The notes: generated by a model from the letters alone, not told the origin. A stretch of DNA of 59,090 nucleotides, filler included, from Circinaria calcarea (GCA_051942165.1; 8 parts of 8 records of this genome joined end to end with filler, not necessarily neighbours in it), one strand, 5' to 3'. Numbered from the whole stretch's first letter, positions 46,683 to 59,090 are shown. Numbers and translations are program-made.

Positions 46683-49019
46683 ATGCTCAATCGTCAACTA
46701 CGATTGATACAGAATGCCATTGCCTTTCGCTCTTTTGCCCCCCGGACCTCGGATGTACGAATATTCTCGAAATCCCAACAACCCTTACAAATCCAATTCC
46801 TCCAAACGGCTCCAACCGCTCAGCATTTTATTCAACTGCCTCAGGGAACGTGTGCCTCGAGTCCTGGGTCACATCAAACGGTTACTGTTGGCGATGGGAA
46901 TCTAGAGGATACTCAATTGGCACAAAGTGAAGTTAGGTCTACAACCAAACAGACTGTGGGAAAAGGCGATGGACCAGTTCTTAAGGCCGTCAAAAGTGGG
47001 AGGCGGAAGTTTCTCAGACCACAACATCTGGCTGCCTCTAAACCTAAAGACCGTTTGACGGGCACAGCAAGACAGATTTCCCAAAGGCTGCGAAGATTCC
47101 AAATTAGGATGAGTGCCTACAGGGAACAAACAACGCGTACCAAATACGTCTCCCTGCGACACAATCCAGCTGTGAGAGGCGGTGATAGCTCGACAGATCG
47201 CTCGAGTTATACCGATGAATTCTCCTCTCGATGGACAACAGCTTTTGCCCATGTCAGCGCCCCGTATGATAGAATATTGCAAAGGGATATGAAGTTTAAA
47301 ATACAGTCAACCCGGACAAGGGTCACTCAGGCGGTCGAGGGAAGTATCATGCAATCCTGGTCGGCAGTAAGGAAACGTCGCAAACGCTTCATGTGGCGGA
47401 AGTTAATGCTCAGGGCACTTCGTCTGAGTCCCATTGATGCTCTTATGATCATGGATGATACCTTGACGAAGGGGCAGTACAAACCTCCGAGGTATTGCAT
47501 GGAGGATTCCTTGGATCTGATTACGTGCAGATTACTCGAAATTGACAACGTGCAAGGGCACATGATCGAATCCCTACACAGCTCCGTCTGTAACTTCATA
47601 TCCACTTACAGCAGTGTTTCTGGAATAGCATCGATAAGCCAGAGGACAATTTTTCTACTGTCGAAGTGTTGCAGTTTTTCCCACCTTAGCTCTCTCTGGG
47701 TATGTCTTCGGGAGCACAATGTTTTTATCCATCTCAACACAAAGATGCAGCTTGCATCACTGCTCCTTGATCACGGTAGGGTTGAATCTGCGTTGGATAT
47801 ACTGCGTGGTCTGAACAGATCAGAGCTTGCTCTTGACCAAGTGCAAAGCGTCTGCGTACGATTACTGAGACTCTACTTGGATATTGACAACATCTACGCT
47901 GTCCGATCGAGTATGCTAGCCCAGTTGTTAATGTTGGGACTTCGACCTAACATATACCTATACAATGTCATTCTGTTGAACGCGATGGAGGCCGGTGATC
48001 GGCGGACGGCATGGCGGATTTACCAGACGGCCAGAGATCATGACTTAGAACCTAATGCATACACATATACCATATTATTCAAGGGCGCTGGGGACAAAGC
48101 TACCCTTGAAGCGATCCGGAGAGATGCCTACAACGATGGGATTGATATCAAAAAGGACCCTCGCCTTGCAACGGAGTACTTCTATGCGCTTTACTTGGGA
48201 GAGTGTAATGGGCCTCAAAATTGGTCATTCCGAGCTTTGTTGTCTAGGTACCGGGATTTTTTCAAGACTTCTTCTCTTCATGAGCTTGGAATACCCGTGG
48301 GTGCAATTGATATTCCCCAAGTTGAGGACCTCGAAAAGCTTGACCCTCCTCCTCCGGCACTTGGCATCATGATTATGTTTTATCTTAGGCGGTTTCGAGA
48401 TAATAGTGGAATACCAGTCATGTATGACACCTATCTCCGGTTGGTACGAGATAGACATGCCGTTATTGCACCGCTGGCAATGACAACGCACACCGCAAAT
48501 GCCTTCTTGATGGCTCTCGGTTGGAACCTTAATACTCTTCATCTTTGTCCTTCTGTTCTCGAGCACATGATGGGCCCAAGGAGCTCCGACAATGAAGAAG
48601 TTTCCAATGAACAGCCCGACCCGGACACCAAGCAAATGCAAAAGCCGGCGTCTTGGATGGCTCCACCAGACGTCCAAACCTGGTCTATTTTACTCTATGC
48701 CTTTCTCCGTCACGGCCAAGTGACGGCAGCTGAGAAGGTGTTGTCGATGATGAGATCTCGGAAACAATGGCCCAGCCAGGTCACATGGAGCAGCCTTGTG
48801 AGCGGATACTCTAGACTCCAAAACGCGGATGGCGCCGTACACGGCCTCAGAAGAATGGAGAGGGATGGGTTTCAACCCAGTGATCGCACGATTGCCGGTT
48901 TGGGTCATATCGTTGATCGGAAGAAGTTAATTGAGGCGTTTCGAAAGGCTTCGCAAAATGATGAGCCCGTGGTTCAATCTGGAATTAGCATTGAGAATGA
49001 GAACGGTACAACGACCTGA
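46683..49019 (+). CDS. Pentatricopeptide-repeat protein, probably mitochondrial
   Basis: 778-aa intronless ORF with an Arg/Ser-rich presequence-like N-terminus. PPR-like units: PNIYLYNVILL, PNAYTYTILF, PDVQTWSILL and PSQVTWSSLVSGY. Confidence 0.88.
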   Translation: MLNRQLRLIQNAIAFRSFAPRTSDVRIFSKSQQPLQIQFLQTAPTAQHFIQLPQGTCASSPGSHQTVTVGDGNLEDTQLAQSEVRSTTKQTVGKGDGPVLKAVKSGRRKFLRPQHLAASKPKDRLTGTARQISQRLRRFQIRMSAYREQTTRTKYVSLRHNPAVRGGDSSTDRSSYTDEFSSRWTTAFAHVSAPYDRILQRDMKFKIQSTRTRVTQAVEGSIMQSWSAVRKRRKRFMWRKLMLRALRLSPIDALMIMDDTLTKGQYKPPRYCMEDSLDLITCRLLEIDNVQGHMIESLHSSVCNFISTYSSVSGIASISQRTIFLLSKCCSFSHLSSLWVCLREHNVFIHLNTKMQLASLLLDHGRVESALDILRGLNRSELALDQVQSVCVRLLRLYLDIDNIYAVRSSMLAQLLMLGLRPNIYLYNVILLNAMEAGDRRTAWRIYQTARDHDLEPNAYTYTILFKGAGDKATLEAIRRDAYNDGIDIKKDPRLATEYFYALYLGECNGPQNWSFRALLSRYRDFFKTSSLHELGIPVGAIDIPQVEDLEKLDPPPPALGIMIMFYLRRFRDNSGIPVMYDTYLRLVRDRHAVIAPLAMTTHTANAFLMALGWNLNTLHLCPSVLEHMMGPRSSDNEEVSNEQPDPDTKQMQKPASWMAPPDVQTWSILLYAFLRHGQVTAAEKVLSMMRSRKQWPSQVTWSSLVSGYSRLQNADGAVHGLRRMERDGFQPSDRTIAGLGHIVDRKKLIEAFRKASQNDEPVVQSGISIENENGTTT

Positions 49020-50920
49020 GACTTTGGCAGTCGACATTCTGGCCGAGTGAGTTGTACATAACCGAGCACGCTCTCCAAAGTTGGGTGCTTTAGAACCAGC
49101 TTGTCTCCAAAAGCGAAACACCATCTTCTTAAGCCGTAGCCGGGCGAGGAGTACGCTTCGCTCATAGAGCAGTCGCCTAATCCTACCAACTTGAGCGATG
49201 TGTCGCGCCTTGGAGCAGTCGTTTGGCTGAAGGGTGGGCGTTGCAACTTTGTTACCGCCATATCATCTGCTGGTTCTATCCGTTCTGCTCACTCATTCCA
49301 TCTTCGCATATGGGACTGTTACATTCTCCGATTCGATCACTGTAAGCCTTGCTCTTACCCCGAGAGGGAGAAAACGCTCCACATGCATTGACTATCGACT
49401 ATCGCCGCTCTGTTTCTTCTCTCTGTGCGTGTCTGCTTCGAATATATGTATTCATAGGCATTGTCATGCGGTTCGTCCGTCAAACTGCTTACCGGTCACC
49501 ACCGTTTCGCCTGGGAGCATCCGCCGTGGGCTAGGACCTGCTGGAACAAAAGGACTTGCAGAGGACCTAACGAGGGATAATGCACACGATATTCGTGGTC
49601 TCGGGATATGTCACTATATAAACGGGGCCAATACTGAGCATCTGGTTGTCGGGGTTCCTTCAAAGAGATTCTTACTCCCAGCAGGTATCTATATTTTGAA
49701 GTGGGCTGGAGGCTTCACCGAAGGGCCGGCTGCGGATGCCATACGTGAGTGCCCTTTTGAAGACGTGATTCGAAGGCAGATTCTATTACGCGACTTTTCG
49801 ATTTGGACTTTGCTTTCGTTACCCTTACTTCCACTTCTGGGCACCACACGAGGAAGAAACGCAATCTGACTCATCTGCCTTGGTGATACAGTTAGTTTTT
49901 ACCTCTACGCCATCACGGAGAATCACGGGTTAACTCGTAAGGTCAAGGAGCTGGGGCATTCCCCCCTTGAGGAAGCCTTTGTCAGTGTAGGTTTTGATAC
50001 AACCTATTTCTTGGTGTTGCGTCAAGCTGTAAACGTCGTGCCGCATCAGATTGCCGAGGTTTGGGTGTAAGCTGTAAATTAGGGATGCACATTAGGTGGG
50101 TAAAGAGCAATCGAGAGGGGAGGGAGGACAAGGGGCGAGGATGAGGGATTTTGGCGGGAGTGGTAGAGCGATCGCGACTCCTTTGGTGGTGGGGCAGATT
50201 GGCTCTCCGCAATCATGTTACTTTTCTAGAATGGGCGCGTGGGGATAGTGATATGCATGTTTGAGTTCTATATCTCGTCAAATTTCAACCCCACAATGCA
50301 AACCATTGCTAGGCCTTTCGTGACCACTCCCATTCCCCCCCCCCCAACCAGCCCCGAGCTTTATAGAAACCTACCCCCCCTGGGGTTCAAGACCCCTTCT
50401 TTTTAAACAACGCCTTAATATAACCAACCATCCTCCCCTCTTCCTCCATTCCCCATACTCTTCCCCGTTCCTTTCCCCGGAGTCTGGCGCAGTGATATTA
50501 ACAGAATACTATTTTCTAGGTCTAGGAGACTTCCCGGGAGGAGGGGGGGGGTTTAGCGGATCGGACTGGATGCCATAATTATATGTAACCTTGAATGGAA
50601 GAGGAAGAGAGATGAGAGATACTTGACCGATCAACTCAGCGAACTGTTGCAAGTCCAGGGGGGGGAAACGAAAGTAGATGATTGCGACTGCATCAGAATA
50701 GTCGATGAAACTCGGCGGGGGGTTTGATGCGATGGCTACATTTCATATGATACGCTATTGGCAATATCTAAAATCGCTAATAGGATGATACGGGCCAGAT
50801 TTCGAGACGTTTGACAATTTTCATTCTATCAATCACTTCTGGAAAAGCAGGGACGGGGGAAGCCCCCCATGATCTCAACTCGCTCTACTGTGATTCCGTC
50901 TTCTCCTCAACGGTAAAAAT

Positions 50921-51716
50921 ATGACGCTTGAGTATCCTAATTTCCTTCTCTGCAACCGACATTACGGCGAAGATCTGAATCGGCGGGAATGTTACCACGC
51001 AATCCAGAGACTTCCCCGAGGCCCAAACCCTGTTCGATACGGTCCGGGAGGGATGCCCGGTGAGGTGTTTACGCATACCTTACCCATGCAGAAAGGCTCA
51101 GGTGGGTGAAGTCAACCGGAGCCCGTACCGTAACGTGTGAGATGCCGAAGAATTCTAACTTTGCCTCAGGTGATTGCTACGTGACCATTGAGATAAGCGG
51201 GGCTACCCCAATTCCCGGCGTATGGGTGACGCCTGACCAAATTCGGCATGTGGCTTTGTTAATAGTCGGGCAATGCGTGCAACGAGAGCAGGTTGGAGGA
51301 TTCGGAACGCTAGACTTCCAGAATATGATTACCTGGAATAGAGAACACCCCCAAACGGCGGAGCTGTGGCGAGCTCGTCCTCCAGTTTCGGCATCGTTCA
51401 TGACCGTCACCGTCAGCGGTCCGAGAGGCAAACAGACCCTACCATCCCCCGGTAACCTCGATCCTACGATACCAATAGCTGTTGCACGAGGCACATATAC
51501 TACCGCCGAAGAAATGGCTCGTTCTCCGGCGTTGGTAGCTAGTACAGAATTTTGGGTTGCACAAGCCGATCGAATGGAACGGGGTGGCACACAAACTTGG
51601 TGGCAACTTCAACCGCCGAAAGCTCCTCCCGAAATGACCTACAAGTGTGATGCAAGTCTAGGCAGGCCTCCTGTGGTCGATTGCACTCAGATAGAGTGGA
51701 ATCAGCTGAGCCCTCC
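50921..51716 (+). CDS. Cys-containing hypothetical protein, truncated by contig end
   Basis: Exon 50921-51101 is joined by a GTGGGT..CTAAC..CAG intron to the frame GDCYVTIEIS..IVGQCV..GGFGT. A second CxxxxGxPxxxDC module starts before the gap. Confidence 0.6.
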
Positions 51717-51816
51717 NNNNNNNNNNNNNNNNNNNNNNNNNNNNNNNNNNNNNNNNNNNNTTAATTAATTAANNNNNNNNNNNNNNNNNNNNNNNNNNNN
51801 NNNNNNNNNNNNNNNN
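51717..51816. other. Artificial contig linker
   Basis: N44-TTAATTAATTAA-N44. Confidence 0.99.
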
Positions 51817-51945
51817 TCCCCACTATACCCATTCCTTTCCCTTTCTCTTCTCCACAACCATTCCACACGCCCATTTCCCTTCGGCCTCCGTCCCCGCCTC
51901 CGCTTTCCCTTGGTTCAAACCCCCAGCCGCAGACCCGCAAGCACC

Positions 51946-52667
51946 ATGTCCACGTCCACGGCCCCGCCCACGAAACACGAATTCATCGTCATCCTGCCGG
52001 ACCGCGAGGGCGTGCTGGAGAAGCGCATGAGTGTACGGCAGTACGTTTTTGATTTCCGTCCTATTATTCTTTTGGGGGTTTTGGTTTTTTCCAAGCGCGG
52101 GGATGAGAAGGAGAGATATAAATTGGAAGGTTATAGAGAAACCACATATGAATGGATGAATTTGGGGGGGGGGTTGATTTTTCTTACTTTCTTTCTAGAA
52201 ACCACTTCGACGCCCTGGCGCCCAAGGTCGAAGCTGGCTTTTTGAGATTCGGTGGTGAGTTCTTTTTCCACTTTGTTCCCGTCTTTTCCCTTCCTCTCTC
52301 TAAAAACCCCCCTCTCCAAATTCCTCACCCCACCTCTCTCTCATCATCTCACCAAACCGCAGGAGCCATGCTCACCACCCCCCACCTACCCGACCACGCG
52401 CCTCAAATCTGCGGCTCCGTCCTGCTGGCGCTCGCGGCCTCGGAAGAGGAAGTCTGGGCCCAGATCATCCGCGACGACGTGTATGCGCGGGAGGGCGTCT
52501 GGGATTTGGAAAAGGTGCAGGTGTGGCCGGTGAGTTCTTTTTCCTTTTCCTTTTCTTTTTCGCCTTTATGGAGTCGAGGGGTGAGGGGAGGGTAGGAAAG
52601 AAGGGAGGCTGATTCTTGAATATTTGGGGGGGGGGAATAGTTCAAGACGGCGGTGAAGAATCTTTGA
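51946..52667 (+). CDS. YCII-related domain protein
   Basis: Spliced product HEFIVILPDREGVLEKRMSVRQNH..GGAML..GSVLLALAASEEEV..DDVYAREGVWD..WPFKTA, with three introns. The frame is open upstream to the contig start and is Arg-rich, so a presequence may be missing. Confidence 0.85.
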
Positions 52668-53107
52668 GGAGATTTTCAGGTTGGGGGGGGGGAGGAAGTT
52701 TGGCTGGGAGGAGGAGGAAAAAAAAGGGGTGCGTTTATGCATGGATCGGGAATGGGGGAGGAAATTTCATTTGCGGGGTCTAGGACTCCGGGAGAGATTG
52801 GCTGTTGGGATGGTCTACGGGAGGATGGTTGATGTGATTGTTATTCAGGTAGTTCGACCGGTTACTAGGTCTGATAATGTACCTACGTGGGAACCAAGTA
52901 CTGCTGGACATGCTGTTCGTCGGTAAATTCGGCCACCCTATGAAATGGTATATGTACCGAAAACTTCTTCCCAGATTGTCCATTACCTTGCTAGCACATC
53001 CTTACAGAAACACACTCTCATCTAAGGTCCGACATAACTTAGTATAGTTTGCTGTATTCTGCCGGACAAAGCACACCATGAAGAGAAAGGGTGGACATCA
53101 ATCTGTT

Positions 53108-54807
53108 TTACAGTTTCGCCTTCACCTTCTCCGTCTTCAGCATGGCCTCAGCGACCATTCGCCGTTGAACCTTGCCCGTCGCGGTTTTCGGCATGTTCTT
53201 GGTAAAATAGATCTGTAATGGTCAGCTTCAAGGCCAACAGACATGAATGGTGGGCATGAAACACCTACCTTTTTGGGAACTTTGAACTTGGCAAGCTGTG
53301 TGGCAACCCATTTTCGTAGTTCATCTTCTGTCATATCCTGACCGTCCTTGAGAACTACAGCGATACCAATGTCTTGACCATACATCTCATCTGTAATCGC
53401 GAAGCTGACTGCCTCGCCTATGGAGGGGTTTTGACCGATGACATTGTCAAGCTCGATTGGACTGATCTTCTCACCACCCTTGTTGATTAGTTCTTTAATT
53501 CGCCCAGTAATAAAGACATAGCCGTCTTTGTCTTTCTTCCCCTGATCTCCTGTTCTAAAGAATCCTTCTTGGGTAAAAGATGTTTTGTTGGCTTCAGGGT
53601 TATTCAAATAACCTTTGGTGACATTTTCGCCACGAATACAAATTTCGGCTTCGGAACCTTGGGGAACCTCTTTGCCTGATTGATCTAGGATCTTCACATC
53701 CACACCCTGTCCGAAACCCACGCTTCCAGGGCATCTCTTAGCGGGCGGCAAGGGGTTAGAAGTCATCTGGTGAGCAGCTTCAGTCATGGCATACGCCTCA
53801 AGAACTGGAGCATTCAGGGCTTTCTCTAATTCGTTAAATGTCTTTGGTGACAAGGGCGACGAGCAAGATCGTACAAACCGAATGTTGGGCACAGGACTTG
53901 GTAGAGGGTTCTTTAAGAGGATTTGGTGGATGGTGGGCACAGCAGTATACCAATTGGCCTTGTGGGTAATGAAATTATCCCAAAATTCCGACGCGGAGAA
54001 GCGAGGAGGCACGACAACAGATCCACCGGAGAGCAGGGGTGTAAGCAATCCGGCAAGTAGTCCATGGACATGGAACAGGGGCATCACCAGTAGTGTTCGG
54101 TCTTCTGGCGTCAGCTTGTAGGTCGCCTGTATGTTCCCTGGATGGTGTTAGTCAACGAGAAATAAAGACAGCCATAGACACCGACTCATGGTCCTTGTGA
54201 GGTTGCGATGCGTCAATGGCACCTGAGGAATGTTTAGTCGGCAAAGTCAATGAATGGCTTCCGCCGTACTTACAGCCTTCGGCCGGCCCGTTGTTCCACT
54301 GGTATGCAGTACCAATGCAATATCATCCGGTCGAGCGTTCTCAACCTGCTGGTTACCCCTCCCTGATAATTTCCCCGTCTCTTTAACATCCAGGACGAGC
54401 TCATGGCCATCCCAGTAGCATTCCGCTATAGCCGCTTTGTATTTGCGCGCAGCTCGTACCGCCGGGCCATGTTGGGAATGGGCGCCCCGAGGGACGATAG
54501 CGAGTGCTGAGCTGAGATCATCGATGTAGAACTCGAACTCGGCTTGCTTGTAGGCGGCATTGAGGGGAGCAGCTATGGCTCGCTGCCACGAAACAGCTAA
54601 AAAGGCGACTATAAACTCGTAAGAATTGGGTAAAGTTATCGAAACGGCAGCCTGAGGAGTGACGCCAAGTTTGGCAAGCTTCTCTTGAAAGGAGGAAACC
54701 TCGGCGGTGAGCTGTTGGAACGTGATGGTCAGAGCAGTGGGTTTCCCTGGAATGATCACCGCCGCCTTTTGCCCGCTCGGGGGAAAGGAAGTCGAAAGGG
54801 TGGCCAT
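53108..54807 (-). CDS. PCS60: Peroxisomal acyl-CoA (oxalyl-CoA) synthetase Pcs60/Fat2
   Basis: AMP-binding LHTSGTTGRPK, MPLFHVHGL, EAYAMTEAAHQM, FRTGDQG and PKTATGKVQR. C-terminal PTS1 AKL; three introns. Confidence 0.92.
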
Positions 54808-55902
54808 GTTGACTTGCTAATTGGTCAGCCACCTCCGCTTGGCGCCAATGTTATGATACAGCATGCACACTTGTACAGGAAGCCAATGTCAGTAAACTTG
54901 ATCGGAGTGTGACACAGAAAGAGGCAGTGGGTTTTAGATAGGACTCCAATGGCACTGGGTGCTTGTCACCATCGTTTGTGATTGGTTTGCTTGCTGCAAC
55001 AACGGCCGAGGAGCCACCATCACGACTTTAGAGTGCATTAAAGCTAAAGGGTACTCCGAAGCAATATAGTGGTTCGTACAACGAGGTGCATAGGTAATCT
55101 CGCCCCTTCCAGCGATATACCTTCGTACCAGTCATCACTATTAGCAATTGATCTATTCTCCATGTCCTTGGGCGCTAGTAGATGACAAAGGTTTTTCAAC
55201 GGTCACAAACCATTGGCCACGTTGAAGACGTTTCCACTTATCATATGCTTCAGCAAATAGACTCCAGCTCCTCAGTCTATCAAAGACTCTATCCAACAGA
55301 ATGTCCTTTAAAGCGTTAGCACAGTACTACCCATCTTACTGCTTCTATATGGTATATATCACGTTCTTTAGAGCAATCTCGCTTAACACTACGCTATTGT
55401 CATGCAAGAATTCGTGGCTCAAAGTTCATTGATTTCACTATGTTCATGTAACTAGGTAGGAGCAAGAGAGTTCGCTAAAATACTGCTGGGCTTACGTAAG
55501 CCCCAACAACGTCTTCGAGGTTCTCCACGTGACAACCTGCTACATTAACTCCCAGATTCGAGACCGTGGTACAAATACATTTTCAACAAGAAAATCGAGC
55601 TTTTTCTACAGCTCGAATACCTGAAGCCAGTAGAAATTGACCGACTAGTCTAAGGGTCCACCGTTTACAATCTCCTAGGAGTTATTTAGCAAATCGGAAT
55701 TGGACGGCAAGTCGAAGCACTGCCATGGAGCGTATAAGCGCGAGCGCTTGATCCTTCGCAGGCTCCTACGTATTTGGTCAAAGTGAATAAGCATGGATTT
55801 GATTTACTTCTTACAGCAAATTGTACGTTGTAGGTATCCTATGCTAATCAGATCCAGACCTCATCCGGCTGCAGTGGGTGAATATCGTCAGATCCCATTC
55901 AA

Positions 55903-56970
55903 ATGTTCAGGAGACCCTCCGCACAGCGTCGATATGTGACGGTGATAGTATACGTCGCCTTCGTTTTGTCTCTATGCGGTTCTGGGACTTATCTCTGGTC
56001 AGCTCAGAGCTCATATCGGGCGAAAACAATCAAGATAACAGGTGAACATCAGCACCTTTAGAAGATATCCAAAGCCTTTTGAGCGTAGCTAATATACTGA
56101 TAGAGCAGCTCGACAAAGCCCCCTTTCCGGGTAATGTGTCGCGAGCAATCGTCATGGCAAAGACGAAGCGGGAAGAAATCGATTGGGCACTCAAACTTGC
56201 TCCAGAGTATGTACCAACTCTAAGGCTCCTTGAACCTTGCCTTACCTCTGTTAGATGGATCTCGTATGTCTATTCGGCCGATGAAGAACCTGGTTATTCA
56301 CTCAGGTTGCCTGTCAATAAGGGAAGGGAAGCTATGGCCTATCTCACCTTTATCATAGACAACTACGATGGTCTCCCGGAATCCACGGTTTTTGTACACG
56401 CCTCAAGCGTCCAATGGCACAACGATATTGTAGGCGACAAGACAGCAAACATCTTCAAGGACCTGCGCCTAGATACCATCCAAAGGAAGGGTTATGTCAA
56501 CCTCCGGTGTCATCTCAGCCCAGGATGCCCTTTCTCGGTTTTTCCTTTGTCGCCATCAAAGACCGATATTAAAGTCAACGATGTTCGGGCTTACTTTGCA
56601 GATATTTACAAGGAACTTTTTAGTGTGACCCAGGAGCAAGTTCCTGAGCAGATTGGATCAGTATGCTGCGCGCAATTCGCCCTCTCTAGAGACCGGATAA
56701 GAAATAGACCTAGAGAAGACTATGTAAGGATGAGGGAATGGGCAATTCATACAGAGTTGGATACCGTTGGAGTTGGCTGGGTCTTTGAGATGCTCTGGCA
56801 TATCGTCTTTGGGGAAAAGCCTTTACAGTTAGTCCGTGGTCAACGTGGTATCGAAAAGCAGATTTGCTAATGATCTGAGCTATAGCTGCCCAAGTTATGA
56901 GAGTTGCAGATGTGATCTATATGGGTGGTGCGGACCACTGCCATCGAGCAATGACACTATTCCGCCCTGA
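55903..56970 (+). CDS. DUF3431-family type II membrane protein
   Basis: N-terminal TM exon (MFRRPSAQRRYVTVIVYVAFVLSLC), NKGREAMAYLTFIIDNYD, WHND, GYVNLRC, CCAQFA, GWVFEMLWHIVFG, and terminal C..CRCDLYG. Confidence 0.88.
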
Positions 56971-57663
56971 TTGGGCTCCATACAAATCCAGTCCAGCTTG
57001 CCACCAATAATTAGCTCGAGGCAATCCGGCCACAATGCCATTGATTTTACCCAGTGTTTGGCATATTATTGATGGTTAAGCAAAAGAAGTTAAAAGAGGG
57101 AAGCCGACTAGAATCTGCCTGTGCGCTGGCCGTGGACGCTACTCAATCGTGTAGCCGTTTGGATAGGGTTGGTAATCTACGGGAAGAATAGCACTGGTTC
57201 AAAAAGAAGACTGCAAAGGCCTCGGATCTTGTCACCAGGTGCAGTTGAAGATCTCCAATAATTAGGGACGTTGAATGCCGTCCTCTCTCAGTCTTAAGAG
57301 ATTATTATCAATATAGCTTCGACGAGGATAACCATTTAATGGACACTCCTCTCGCCATAGATTATTCTGGTCGATTTTGTGAGTAGATTATTGGGTCTCT
57401 CCAATTGGGTGCCTTGATACAAAGTGGGACTACGGGAGATAGACATGAAGGGTGGAACTGAAGAGAAACCTCTTAGAGGATGAGACACTGTCTAAGTGGC
57501 GGGTTTGTGGAGTAGGGATAGTAGATGATTGCCCGTAGAGTGTGCTACTCCGGCGGTAAGTAGATATTCCAGCTCCGAAATCCGTTCACATCTCTTTCCT
57601 CCCGTACAGTTTACATCATCCTTAGTTCAGATCCTTGTGTTTTGTTGAACAGCGCCCGTCAGA

Positions 57664-59090
57664 ATGGGTGGCGATCCTCCTGCAAAGCCGGCAAGAGCTG
57701 GGCTCTCACTCTATGCCAATCTACTAGATCCGTCATTGAACAAAAGTGCCGCACCAGGTACGATTTCAAGGGCGCCGGTCGTCTTCAAGCAACCTCCCGG
57801 CGGCGACGACCAACAAGATGAAGTATCTGTGCAGAAGCAGCAAATAAGTGCCGGTAGATATTAGTCTGCTCCTGTGTGATACCATCACTTTGCGAATCAG
57901 GTTGGCTCACGGTTGTTCTTGGTTTTTTTCTGCTTGATACAGCTTCACTACGATTTCAGCCAACCAAACGACCGCAAATCGCTGCACAGAAGCCTAAGGT
58001 CAAGGCACCCTTTCCCAAATCAATTCCACCCGCAGCTCCTATTGCTCCAAACGCAGCAGCATCATCAATCCCTTCCGGTAACATTGCCAAGGCCCCACCC
58101 AAGACTTCTCTAGCAGATTGGACAGCCAATGATGATGACGACGACGTCAACGGATTTTACGGTGGAGAGAAACGTCAGCGAGGAGGTCGGAAGAAAAGGA
58201 AGAAGAATAAAGAAGAATCGCATATCCCGCAAAATTGGGATGACATTTACGACCCCTCACGACCGAACAGCTACGAGGAATATAAGAATAGTGACGAGAA
58301 GGTCCGTGAGGTCAGGGAATGGAAAGACAAACTTTACGCACATCGAATTGCCCGGCAGCGTAGTGACTATACAGATAGCGATGATGATGCTCGTTCCAGG
58401 CCTCAAATGAATAGTGTGTTGCCTCCTATATATCGTAGGCGGACAATCTTAACCATACTTAGATCAGTTTGCGCCGCCACCAATGTCATTTGCTCCCCCA
58501 ACTAGCTTGAATGCAGGTTCTACTGTCCCAGACGATGCTACTGGAGAGGACGCATATACTCGACGCATGCGATTGTCCGCCTCAAGTCAGTCAATTCCCG
58601 GACCACCTGCTATGTCTTCTTTCGCAGCGCAGCCATCACAGCAGCCTCCACCTCCTCCGCCGCCCCTGATGGCTGAACCGTTATATCAAACAAATCCGCC
58701 ACCTCCCCCTCCACCCCGCAATCAATCACCACCCGCTCCTAGCATCTCAAGAGCGCCAGTCCGATACAATCTCCCTCCTCCACCCTCTGACATCCCTAAA
58801 TCTGAAGCCGAGCTTGAAAATGCGTTGCAACAAGACGAAGCCGCCGCAGAGGAAGAGACTGCATCAGACGCCCCGCGCTCTCTTCGCCCTGGTCAGCGCG
58901 GCTTTGCCGAGCGACTCATGTCCAAATACGGCTGGACGAAAGGATCCGGACTGGGTGCTAGCGGCTCCGGTATTGTCAACCCGTTGCGTGTGCAAGTCGA
59001 GAAGCAGAAAAAGAAACCCGATTCCGAAGGAGGTGGATTCGTCGGTCCTGGCGGAAGAGGCAAGATTATCGGCGGGAAGAAGAAGGGCGG
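57664..59090 (+). CDS. G-patch splicing factor (SPF45/DRT111-like), 3' end missing
   Basis: GLSLYANLL, ASLRFQPTKRPQ, WDDIYDPSRPNSYEEY, DDATGEDAY..R and G-patch GFAERLMSKYGWTKGSGLGASGSGI. Two introns. Confidence 0.88.

Noticed and set aside
50375..50400. GGGGTTCAAGACCCC hairpin resembling a tRNA T-arm/B-box
   Set aside because: No A-box, D-arm, anticodon arm or acceptor stem nearby.
7332..51816. Regularly spaced TTAATTAATTAA palindromes about every 7.4 kb
   Set aside because: These are assembly linkers flanked by exactly 44 N on each side, and the contigs are sorted by length. The periodicity and any cross-linker gene neighbourhood are artefacts.
7661..59090. Apparent cluster of RNA-processing genes (UBA4, USB1, CWF18, SPF45-like, PPR)
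   Set aside because: They lie on different, unlinked contigs, except CWF18 and the PPR gene, which are an ordinary divergent pair.

Overview
Eukaryotic, intron-containing DNA from a filamentous ascomycete (Pezizomycotina-type genes, GT..CTRAY..YAG introns, dispersed 5S rRNA genes). The window is not one locus. It is eight unrelated contigs of 7331, 7312, 7304, 7300, 7298, 7295, 7276 and 7274 bp, sorted by decreasing length and joined by artificial 100-nt N44-TTAATTAATTAA-N44 linkers, so adjacency across linkers means nothing. Most content is housekeeping: SSZ1 (partial), UBA4, PNGase A, a Zn/NADPH oxidoreductase, PET8 carrier (partial), an MscS channel (partial), a TLDc protein (partial), ERO1, PAL1, USB1, CPT1/EPT1 (partial), a CAX exchanger, MRPL8, CWF18, a PPR protein, a YCII protein, PCS60, a DUF3431 protein and an SPF45-like G-patch protein (partial). 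The most unusual region is contig 3 (15.7-21.8 kb). It holds a tandem array of three diverged paralogs of an uncharacterised protein, and the duplicated unit appears to include a divergently oriented 5S rRNA gene, intact in one unit and decayed in the other. Copy 2 may be rescued by a newly formed intron, and copy 3 is frameshifted. A second, variant 5S gene flanks a decaying accessory island (F-box, small Cys-rich gene, kinase pseudogene). Other oddities are a decayed MUP1-like permease next to inverted telomere-like tracts and a GAG 3' splice site in USB1. All product names come from recognising motifs by eye; no database search was run.
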